DNA from: Octopus sinensis
Taxonomy: Eukaryota
DNA length: 64,000 nucleotides
Assembly: GCF_006345805.1 (NCBI RefSeq)
Contig: NC_042997.1
Coordinates: 167,462,001 to 167,526,000 of the forward strand
Direction: 5' to 3'
Below the pieces are notes generated by a model. The model made no database searches. It had not been told where the DNA came from and worked only from the letters and a program-made list of their open reading frames with translations. The translations under genes and the position numbers were made by a program. Positions 50,779-61,822 of this stretch are shown one piece after another. The stretch's first letter is position 1, and each line of letters begins with the position of its first letter.

Positions 50779-52580
50779 CAGAAAATTTTAAAGGGACTGG
50801 ACGTAAACATCCAATTCACGATGGAATATAGCCAACAACAACTCCCCTTCCTCGATATCCTCATTAAGAAAGCTAATAATATAATAGAAACAGACATATA
50901 CTATAAGCCTACAGACTCTAAGCAATATCTTCCATTCAATTCATGCCACCCCAGACACACCAGGATGAATATCCCCTTCAATCTAGCAAAAAGGATATGC
51001 ATATAGTCTCTAACGCAAACACCAGAGACACACGACTACAAGAACTAAAAGATACCCTAATCACCAGGAACTATCCCTTCCTTATTGACAAGTGCATTCA
51101 ACGTGCCTTCAACTAACATCAAGGAACTGAGACATCCAAATCAAAGAAAAACTTACAACCAAAAGCCTTACCATACATCTCCACACACAACCCTCTCAAT
51201 AACGAAGCCTTCGACACCATCCTCCACAACATACCCCTCCTAAAAAAAGACCACAGAATGAACACAATCCTCCAAACACACACGATCATAAAAAGCAAAA
51301 GACAGCCTAGATCCATGAAAAGTCTCCTTACACAAGCCCGAATTCACTCTTCAACACAGAAGCCGACAGTAAAAAAATGTGGAAGACCCAATTGCGGGAT
51401 ATGCGACTATCTAATCGAGGGTTCTGAGTTCTCCTTCAAACAGGGACAACGGTTTACAGTGAAAGCAACTTCACATGTGCTTCGGAGAACCTAATATACT
51501 CACTAACCTGCTCCGGGTGTCAAGAGCAGTACATAGGCCAAACAAAAAATGGTTTGCGTAAACGAATGGCCCTGCACAGAGATCCAGATAAAAATTCCCA
51601 AAAAAGAAAAATAGCTTTTAGCCAACACATAGATACTTGCGCCAACAAAAAAACACCAAACTTCAGAATTTTCCCCCTCTACCAATTTAGGGACGATACA
51701 ACCTCGAGACAAAGAATAAGTAAAGAAAATCTCTTTATTACAAATACAAGCCACTTCTTAACGGGTCTACGACAAACAATTAATATACCTCAACTTTAGA
51801 ATAAAAGAAAAATATATATATACACACACAAATACTACACTCCATAGAATCCATTACTAATCAGCCCCTTCATAGCTATATTTACACCCTTCATATTCTC
51901 CCTCTCTTGTTTCTTTCTTCTTCTTCTTCTTCTTCTTCTCTTCTTCATCATCATCGTTATCATCATCATCGGCGTCATCATCATCGCCACCATCATCACC
52001 ACCATCTTCTCCTTCTCCTCCTTCCTCTTCTTCTCTTCTTCATCATCATCGTTATCATCATCATCGTCGTCATAATCATCACCACCATCACCATCATCTT
52101 CTCCTTCTCCTTCTTCTTCTTCTTCTTCTCTTCTTCTCCCACCCCCTACCCCTTAAGTTTGTCACTAATGTTTTTTAGTATAACACCTACGCTAATTCTA
52201 TAAACAAGCCTGTCAATATAAATATTCTCCTGAATTGAACTGAGACTGCCAGCCGCCACTGACCATTCAAAATACGACCATCAGGGCACTCCCAGATTCT
52301 CCCACCCCCCTTTCCTCACCAGCCTTCCCTCTACTACCTCCCAAGAACTCACAACTACCTCGAACACACAAGTGCAAACAAGGGAGTCAGAGAAAGGCAG
52401 AATGCCACTTAAATCTGAACACTACTATAGAAATATTCTTTTAAAAAAACTTTTCTTCTAATTTTTCTAAATTTAATTATTTAATCGTTACAGTTTGAAA
52501 AGGTCTCAAAATGACCGAAACCGGTACTGAAATGTTCACTATAAAATTATTTTAGCATTTTCTATTTTTTACTTGTTTTT
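50775..52580 (+). mobile_element. Neptune-like PLE, 5'-truncated: RT end, thumb, Zn finger, GIY-YIG, 3' UTR
   Basis: IQFTME...LPFLDI...TDIYYKPTDSKQYLPFNSCHP; CGRPNCGIC; NLIY..TCSGCQEQYIGQT; flanked by (TA)n at both ends. Confidence 0.92.
52491..52529 (+). ncRNA. Degenerate hammerhead motif at the PLE 3' end
   Basis: CAGT-TTGAAAA-GGTC-TCAAAAT-GACC-GAAAC-CG-GT-ACTG. Confidence 0.55.
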
Positions 52581-52581
52581 C

Positions 52582-52614
<33 letters not shown>

Positions 52615-52655
52615 TACGCACACATATGTATTAATAAATATATATTCATGTATAT

Positions 52656-52700
<45 letters not shown>

Positions 52701-52712
52701 ATACATACATAT

Positions 52713-52804
<92 letters not shown>

Positions 52805-52868
52805 ATACATGAATATATATATATATATACATATATATTATAATATATATGTGTATATTCATGTCTAT

Positions 52869-52939
<71 letters not shown>

Positions 52940-52944
52940 TTAGT

Positions 52945-53041
<97 letters not shown>
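52582..53041. repeat. (TA)n and (GATA)n microsatellites
   Basis: Direct inspection. Confidence 0.95.
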
Positions 53042-53043
<2 letters not shown>

Positions 53044-53467
53044 CAGGGCGTATTCCGTCATGCACATGCCTATACACGCTGTTACCTGTGTATCACAAAT
53101 TCCTCTTTCTGCTAAACCACACTGACTGAAAAATGCACTCAATCACACCACCCTGCTTGCACCTTTGGTATTATCAACAAACAGAGGTCGGCTTCGTAAC
53201 TTCCGAAAGCGACATCTACCGGTCGATTCTCAAGCCAGATATTCCTGTTCTTGACGTCATCTTTCTAATATAAGACCAATCCTTTCAATTCAACTTATTT
53301 TTAGTGAACAGCACTTCTTTATTACCGATGCACCACCTACCTTAAAAAGTCTCACACTTGCCCTTATCCTACACCGAGACACCGTGTATCAAAAATAGAT
53401 TCTGGTCGAAAACAAGATATTTCATGATAAATTTCGTTGTTTTTGTGAGATTTTTTTATGGCACTGG

Positions 53468-54054
53468 TTATTCTTATTATTGCTGTTGTTGTTGTTGTTG
53501 TTGTTGTTGTTATTGTTGCTGTTTATGACGTTATTGTTGGTGGTGGTGGTGGTTGTCCTCGTGGTTGTAGCGGTGGTAACGGTGATGATGGTGATGGTGG
53601 TGTTGTTAATGATGGATGGTGATGGTGGTAGTGGTGGTAGTGACGGTGATGGTGATGGTGGTGGTGGTGGTGGTGGTGATAGTGTGTAACTGGTGGTGGT
53701 GGTGGTGGTGATGATGGCGGTGATGATGGTTGTGATGGTGGTGATGCTGTTGATCATGATGGTAATGATGATGGTGGTGTTGTTAATGATGGATGGTGAT
53801 GGTGGTGTTGTTAATGATGGATGGTGATGGTGGTGGTGGTGGTGGTGATGATGGCGGTGATGATGGTTGTGATGGTGGTGATGCTGTTGATCATGATGGT
53901 AATGATGATGGTGGTGTTGGTGATCGTGGTGATGATAGTGGTGGTGGAGGTGAAGAATGTGATTGTAGTGGTGATGGTGGTGGTGGTGGTAATAGTAGCT
54001 GTGGTGGTTGTGGTGATGGTGGTGATCGTGATCGTGGTGTGGAACTGGTGGTGG
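53468..54054. repeat. (GTT)n/(GGT)n/(GAT)n trinucleotide low-complexity tract with internal duplications
   Basis: Direct inspection; followed by a SINE A fragment at 54055-54155 (-). Confidence 0.9.
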
Positions 54055-54280
54055 AAATTTCGAGTGAGGGGTAAGTCGATTACTTCGACCCCAGTACTCA
54101 AACGGTATTTATTTTATCGACCCCCGAAAGGATGAAAGGCAAAGTCGACCTCGGTTATTATTGTTGCTTCTTTGTGTTGACGAAATGTGGTTCACGTGTT
54201 TACAGTAAGTCTGTGTTGCGCTTTGCTTTCTTCACTTTTTTTCTGTGCGTGTGTTGTGAGCTGGGAGTGTTGTGGGGTTT

Positions 54281-54548
54281 TTTACTCGTTTACTCGTTTA
54301 CTTGTTTCAGTCATTTGACTGCGGCTATGCTGAAGCACCGCCTTTAATCGAGCAAATCGACCCCGGGACTTATTCTTTGTAAGCCCAGTACTTATTCTAT
54401 CGGTCTCTTTTGCCGAACCGCTAAGTGACGGGGACGTAAACACACCAGCATCGGTTGTCAAGCAATGCTAGAGGGACAAACACAGACACACGAACATATA
54501 CATACACATGCACATATATATATATATATTATATATTATATATATATA

Positions 54549-54587
<39 letters not shown>

Positions 54588-54748
54588 TCCGCCAGGCTTC
54601 TTTCAGTTTCCGTCTACCAAATCCACTCACAAGGCTTTGGTCGGCCCGAGGCTATAAGCAGAAGACACTTGCCCAAGATGACACGCAGTGGGACTGAACC
54701 CGGAAGCATGTGGTTGGTTAGCCAGCTACTTACCACACAGCCACTCCC
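54281..54748 (-). mobile_element. SINE family B
   Basis: Matches the other B copies; expanded internal (TA)n. Confidence 0.9.
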
Positions 54749-54799
54749 ATGTAACTCTTAGTATTTTTGTTGTCTATTTTTGTCGCATGTTTAGGTTCA

Positions 54800-56100
54800 G
54801 TGAGATGTTTTGTTTTTTATATTTGATATTCTTTGGTATTGCTTGCAAGAAAATGGGAAGAGGATTTGGTAGGTGGTATTTTTCAAATCAGTTTCAACCA
54901 GGTTTTTAAGTGCTTTCAGTTCTGTTTCTAAGTGCTTTAAGAGCGGTTGTGCAGCAGTGCCTGAAGACTGGTTGGAGAGTATGTGTATAATATCCTATTT
55001 GTATAAGGTTGCCTGTATATTTTGTAGAGGTGCTAGAAAGTCGTGTAGGTAGAGGCTGGAAAGCGTAGGTGAGGTGACAGGTTTTGTATTCCATGCTGCA
55101 AACTACAAGTTCTGGAAGTGTTGTTCTTGTACACTTCTTAGACTAGGAAACCCACGGGTGTTCTATTATCCAGTAGCTTCTGTTGTTTATTATAGAGACA
55201 TTAAGTATTCTAGTATAAGTTCATATCGGGGAATGGCATCGAAAGCTCTTCTGATGTCGATAAAGGTTACAACAGTATTTGTAGCAGTTTTCGTTATATT
55301 TTATTATGTATTGTTCCTTTCTTTTTAGTCACTATGCATTTTCAGCGAAGTCGCGTGGCTTAATGGTTAGGGCATTCAGCTCACGATTGTAAGATTGTCA
55401 GTTCGATACTTTATTTCACGTTGCTCCAGTCCATTCAGCTGGCAAAAATGAGTTACGTCTGTAATATAAAAGGCAAGCCTTGTCTCACTTTGTGTCATGC
55501 TGAATCTCCTTGAGGACTACGTTAAGAGTACACTTCTCTATTAAGTGCTCAGCCACTTGTATGTAATTTCACGAGCAGGCTGTTCCGTTGATCGTTTCAG
55601 CTGGAACCTTGTCGTCATAACCGACGGAGTGCCATTTTCTGCGATAGGTTTCCGATTAGTGCAATAATTAAGTGTGGTGGTTTGAATCCATGATGTAATT
55701 TGGAGAGAGGGCTGTGATGTTAGCTATTACAATTCCTGAAATATTTTAGAGTATGCTCATAAGGGTGATGAACCTGCATGATGTTATTTCATTTGGGTTT
55801 TCAGTTGCGTTTTATAATTGTTATGATTTTACCCATCTTGTATATTTTGTTAATTTGACAGTGCTGATTGTTGTAGATGTTCATAAGTGCGATGATTCCT
55901 TGAAATCCTAGACGTTTTTGGTTAAGGTTTGTGAATTTGTCTGGCTCAACAGCTTTCGAATTTTTAGATTTTCTTAATTTCTTTTATGTTTGATAGAAAG
56001 AAATGCTAGAAGTTACGGTTTCTGGTAAAGATACATATTTTTAAAATTTATGTCCCTATCTTTTTCGTGTGATTTTTTTAGAGGCTATTTTCGGAAAATG
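54800..56100 (-). mobile_element. Heavily decayed Jockey/I-like LINE RT, split by a SINE
   Basis: KSKNSKAVEPDK...KMGKIITI...SCRFITLMS...HHGFKP; NTVVTFIDIRRAFDAI. Confidence 0.65.
55345..55635 (+). mobile_element. SINE related to family C
   Basis: GCGTGGCTTAATGGTTAGGGC...GTTCGAT-ACTTTATTTCACGTTGCTCCAGTCCATTCAGCTGGCAAAAATGAGT. Confidence 0.75.
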
Positions 56101-56189
56101 CCTGATGAGATTATTTATTTTGTATTGCGTTATGGGTATATTATTTGAGATTGTTATAGTAGCATATGGTATGGTATGGTTCTCGTTGT

Positions 56190-56675
56190 TACTAAGTTGA
56201 AGAAAAAGTTCGTTAAAATAATGATTTTTTTATGTAAGAATCTATTCAAAAACAACTCTTCTTCTAAATAAAGACCATTATTTTCCATGATCTTCTACCA
56301 ACGATCTGCAAGTACCAATCCTTCGGCTTTGAATCGAAAAATTCTTGACAAGCTTCTTCAACTTCATTGAATGACTCAAATCGGTGACCTTTCATAAAGG
56401 GATGCATTGATCGGAAGAGACCGTAGTCAGATGGAGCAACGTCTAGACTATTGGCTGGATGCGGCAGAACTTCCACACCGTCCAGTTCTTCAATTTTGTT
56501 ACTGGTCTTTCTGGCGGTGTGCGGCTTTGCATTGTCTTGTTGAAACAAAGCGTGTTTCGAGGATCACAGTGAGTCACCATTGAACATGACATAAACTGAA
56601 TGAACACACACACTACAAAAATATATAAAACAGCATTATTTTAACACGGCGCACGAACTTTTTCCTTAATCTAAT
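56190..56675 (-). mobile_element. Internally deleted mariner
   Basis: ORF 56264-56548 QDNAKPHTA...HPANSLDVAPSDYGLFRSM; imperfect TIRs ...GAAAAAGTTCGT / ACGAACTTTTTC... Confidence 0.85.
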
Positions 56676-56914
56676 ATTATTAACATGTTGAATTACACAA
56701 TAAACAGTATTACTGTTGTTTTATGGTTTATGTTTGAAATATGTTTACCAGTTTGCCAACTTTATGTGGTCTATTATATTTTTTTATTTCCTTGTTTAAT
56801 TGTTTAATATTATTTTTTATTTCGGTTGTGTATACTGTTGATGAAGTGTGTTTCAAGTTGTCTCTGGTTTTATGAGATTAGTATTTCTGCTAGATAATAT
56901 ATTGCTCACTACTT

Positions 56915-57750
56915 AGGGGGAGAATTGGCAGAATTGGTGCAGCGTCGCATACAATGTCTTGCTGTAGTTGCGGCCCGCTGCGTTCTGAGTTCGAGTCCCG
57001 CCAAGGAAGACTTTAGCTTTCGTCTTTCCAGGGTCGATAAAATAAGTACCAGTCTAATGTTGGTGTTAATAAAATTGACGAAAACTTTCCCCAAATTTAA
57101 GTCCTTATGCCTATGTGAGCAATCAGTATTTCTCACTATTGAAGAGGATGGATCAACGGAATTGGGGGAGCAGCAGACTTAAAGTAGTGAGGTATTAAGT
57201 TGAGGTCCTTTATATTCTGAGTTCAAATTCCAATGATGTCCACTTTGCCTTTCATTTTTTCGGGATCGATAAAATAAATACTAGTTGATCTTTGGGTCGA
57301 TGTAATCGACATACGCTCTTCCTCGAAATTGCTAGCCTTGTGCTAAAATTTGAAACCAATATTAATAGCTTATTAACTAAGCGGGGGAACTGGCAGAATC
57401 GTGAGCACGCTGGGCGAAGTGCTCAGCGGTATTTCGTCTGCCGTTACGTTCTGAGTTCAAATTCCGCCGAGGTCGACTTTGCCTTTCATCCTTTCGGGGT
57501 CGATAAATGAAGTACCAGTTACGCACAGGGGTCGATATAATCGACTTAATCTGTTTGTCTGTCCTTGTTTGTCCCCTCTATGTTTAGCCCCTAGTGGGTA
57601 ATAAAGAAATAGGTATTTCGTCTGCCGCTATGTTCTGAGTTCAAATTCCGCCAAGGTTGACTTCGCCTTTGATCATTTCAGGGTCGATAAAATAAGTATC
57701 AGTTGAGTACTGAGGTCAAAATTGCTGGTCTTGCGCCAAAAATGTAATCA
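56915..57750 (+). mobile_element. Cluster of three SINE family A copies (the last is a dimer, 57378-57750)
   Basis: Repeated GTTCTGAGTTCAAATTCC...TTTCGGGGTCGATAAA..AGTACCAG. Confidence 0.85.
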
Positions 57751-57762
57751 GTATTATATAAA

Positions 57763-58152
57763 AAATCGTTACTTGCACAGTGTAACAGTGAGAGCTGGAA
57801 CGAATATTTGCATATTTATTTTTATATCGATTAGCAGATATGAGCACTGATCAGCAAATATTTTGTTCGCTGAAAGAATAAACAAAGGCCAGCTGTTTGA
57901 CTAGACTCAAGAGTCCGGGGTACTTCTAGCTGATGAGACACAACATGTCGAAACACTGGTGTCCCAGAATCTTCTGCGCCAATGAATCATGTGTGTTGAA
58001 CATACAATCACCATAGAAGAGAGAAGATTTTCTCCTTTGATGTTCATTACAGTGACCAGCATATTTTGAGTCCGAACCTGCCTAGACGGATGAAGAATAA
58101 ATATGCAAATATTCGTTCCCGATCTCACTGTAAACGGTGCAAATAACGATTT
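57763..58152. mobile_element. Fold-back element with ~60-bp arms enclosing a hammerhead
   Basis: AAATCGTTACTTGCAC...GGAACGAATATTTGCATATTTATT is inverted at 58093-58152. Confidence 0.75.
57924..57969 (+). ncRNA. Type-I hammerhead ribozyme motif, canonical core, GUC site
   Basis: TTCTAG-CTGATGA-GACA-CAACA-TGTC-GAAAC-ACTGGT-GTC-CCAGAA; one mismatch in stem I. Confidence 0.85.
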
Positions 58153-58378
58153 CTTATTGCTATTGTTATTGTTTTTCATCCCACAATTCAACTATGTTCA
58201 AGTAGATGTCTTCGACTCGTACTTAATTATTTTACCCGTATTTTGGAATGTGTTGGATTTGAAATCCAACCATTTCAATATGTCACTGTAATAAATGTCC
58301 AAAACAAAACAACCGCAAATATATCTGAGCTTTAAAAAACAAATATTGGTAAAACTTAACAGTTGCCAGAGTAATTAT

Positions 58379-58580
58379 TACGGAGATGTACTTGCATAGC
58401 AAGTGAACTGATCTGAGATCGTGTGCTGGAAAGAAAACAATCGCAGCGTGGAAGGTGTTTATAAGCCATTTAAGAAACACACAAAAACCGTTAGATTCAC
58501 TTCAACATTTAAATTTAATTTGCCAAAATATTTTCGTCGCTTTAAGACTGCGACCTGTGCACTGACAAAATTCCGTGCTA
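58379..58580. mobile_element. ~200-bp insertion with a 12-bp TSD, unclassified
   Basis: TSD CAGAGTAATTAT at 58367-58378 and 58581-58592. Confidence 0.7.
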
Positions 58581-58600
58581 CAGAGTAATTATCCTTCTTT

Positions 58601-58910
58601 TTTCTTTTTACTTGTTTCAGTCATTTTGACTGCGGCCATGCTGGAGCACCGCCTTTAATCGAGCAACTCGACCCCGGGGACTTATCGGTCTCTTTTGCCG
58701 AACCGCTAAGTGACGGGGACATAAACACACCAGCATCGGTTGTCAAGCAATGCTAGGGGGACAAACACAGACACACAAACATACACGCACATACATATAT
58801 ATACGTATATACGACGGGCTTCTTTCAGTTTCCGTCTACCAAATCCACTCACAAGGCTTTGGTCGGCCCGAGGCTATAGTAGAAGGCACTTGACCAAGGT
58901 GCCACGCAGT
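58601..58910 (-). mobile_element. SINE family B, 5'-truncated
   Basis: Matches the other B copies. Confidence 0.88.
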
Positions 58911-59442
58911 GTTCTTTTCATATTTGAAAATTGTAGTTCTTTTGCGATTTCTTTAAGACTTGTTTATTTATTTGCATGAAATTGTTTTGATTATTTTCCA
59001 TTTGGATGTAATGTTTAGAAATATCGTCCTCTTCTCTTTCTCACGCACTCTCTGCCCAAAGCTAATAAAATGAATTTGACGCAACCACAAAAGTCCATCA
59101 ACAAGCAACATATTTGAATTAAACAGGTACAACAGACTTACACAAATAGCAAATCTAATCTTTATGTTTCGTCATCAACACTGTCGTCATTTTCGTTATC
59201 ATTGTACAGAAGAATGTTACTGCTAGATATTTATATTTTACTCCCATGCATTTGAACTGTTATGAAGCATGTGATTATTCCATTGAGTTATTTGGTCGCA
59301 CTGAATGTCTATTCTTTTATATGAACTCTCAGGCAAACGGACTAGGATTCCTATCACCGATTTTTCTCAACTACAGTTTCTTAACGCCGAGTATGTGCGT
59401 GTATGTTCTTTAGATTCAGTCAAAGAACGAGAAATACCGATT

Positions 59443-59506
<64 letters not shown>

Positions 59507-59657
59507 CTATCCATCTATCTATCTATCTATCTATCTAGCTAGCTAGCTAGCTAGCTATCTGTCTGTCTGTCTATTTATCTATCTATCTTTACCTCTCTTT
59601 CTCTTACTGTGTGTGTATACGTATGTATGTATGTATGTATGTATGTATGTATGTATG

Positions 59658-60215
59658 TCATTATTCAATTTTATTTTAAGATTTCCTACCAATAGAGAAA
59701 GAGCCGGTTTCAAGCCTAGATTCAAATCTCTTTCATTGGAATTTCAACATCAGCAATAGGGTATGTATGTATGTATGTATGTATGTATGTATGTATGTAT
59801 GTATGTATGTATGTATGTATGAATGTATGTATGTAGTATGTATGTATGTATGTATGTATGTATGTATGTATGTATGTATGTATGTATGTTTTATGCATGT
59901 ATTCTCATGCATATAGTTGCATATCTAGGCATGCTCATATATATTTAAATGTTAAACTTCTGGGAAGTTTTACAGATTTTTACTGTTCCAGTGATGGACT
60001 GGATCTGTAGACTTCGAATTAGCTTTCCCCTTTCTGGTTTTCAGAAGCCTTATTTCTCAAGATTGGTATTTAGGCAGTGTGTTCATATCCCAGAGCCCCA
60101 ATAATTACAGATATAAACCTGAACTAAGTAAATTACAGATATAAACCTGAACTTGCAATCTGGATAGAGTAACTGCAGATTTATCAATAGCTCAGCATAG
60201 GTGTTCTTTTTTCTT
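59658..60215 (-). mobile_element. R4/Dong-like REL LINE 3' end within (TATG)n
   Basis: FRFISVIIGALGY...NLEK*GF*KPERGKLIRSLQIQSITGTVKICKT; (TATG)n on both sides and inside the 3' UTR. Confidence 0.8.
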
Positions 60216-60691
60216 TCTCTATGTGTATATGTATGTATGTATGTATGTATGAATGGATACGTGCAGCTTTGTATGTTTTGTTTTATGTATGTCTTTTTAT
60301 GTATGTATGTATGTATGTATGTATGTATGTATGTATGTATGTATGTATGTATGTATGATTTATCCTTGAGTTTAACTTAAGTTCTTCTTAAGAGAGTTCA
60401 AGCTGGTTGCGAACAAAGCGACACGACTTTGGATTAACAGAATTCCCGGTATTTGCGAATATGTGGTCGAGTGTATTAACGGTTGTGTTTATGTCGAGTT
60501 ATAATAAAGACAGTTTTACATTCAACCGAAGGATTACTTAGTCCTCTTTTGCAGAGTTCATATTTATTATTCTTTTACAAGAATAATAATGCTGACAGCA
60601 ACTTCGAAGTTTTGGCCCACTTGGTCTCCATCGCATGAAGGCTAAGAGGCCGAAACTTAGAAGTAACTATTAACACCAATAGTGCAAAAGA

Positions 60692-60800
<109 letters not shown>

Positions 60801-61313
60801 CGAAAGTCTGAGTGTTACCAACGCAATCCTTCCATAGTTTACATATGTTTTTACTCAATTTCAACTTATTTTAACACTGAAATAAAATCATGATTGTGTG
60901 TATAAGTATTTGGATATACAGACGATTGAAAAAGTAATCATTGTATGCAGCACAGCTTGTTCAGTTATTTGAAACTGTTTTCATTTCCTAGCCACACTGA
61001 GTTTCTACTTCCTCCCACGGTTTCTCTGTTGTCTTAAACCACCGAACACCAATAATGAATTGTAAGAGAGAAGTAATGTCGACTACTTGACACAGTATCA
61101 AATCTTTTGCAATGTCTTCAATGGGCATTAATGCCACAATCTTCTCTTTTGCTGCAAGATCTACAGTAGAGTCCTTTGAACATCGCTATCTCTGAATTTA
61201 TACTGGCATGAAGCCAGTATGGTGAGTTTACCGCTACAAGTGTTAATACACATGTAGATAGATAGAAAGAAAGAGAGAGAGGAGAGAGAGACGAGATTAA
61301 TATATATACATGG

Positions 61314-61375
<62 letters not shown>

Positions 61376-61380
61376 TATAT

Positions 61381-61765
61381 ATGAGCAAAACGCCTCCCGT
61401 CCAATTGACGGTGCTGGGTTGTCTAACATTTAAACCAAATTTTCTCAAAACAACTTGTCCGACCGTCCCATTTTGTGGCATTATTTCAAGCCAGCCATCT
61501 TTTTTGGCGCAAACTGCACGTGCATTTCTCTCGCGTACGCGTAGTATCAATCACAACAGCTGATATACTTGCGCGTACAAATGCACGTTCCCACGGCTTT
61601 ATCGATCGCATTCTCACCCGGAATCGATTTTTGTAATTTTTTCAAGACTTATTACACGCCCTGATACCGTCGATATCTACATATCAAATTTGAGCGCAAT
61701 CGGATGGAGGATGCTTGAGATCCTAGAAGACACACAGACAGACAGAACGGATTTTATATAATAGA
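61381..61765 (-). mobile_element. Non-autonomous Helitron-like element
   Basis: Minus-strand 5' A|TCTATTATATAAAATCCGTTCTGTCTGTCTG; 3' hairpin CCGTC-AATTG-GACGG about 12 nt before CTCAT (CTAG variant). Confidence 0.7.
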
Positions 61766-61822
61766 TTATACATGTATGTATAGATATATACATATATGTA
61801 TGTATATGTGTGCGTGTATATA

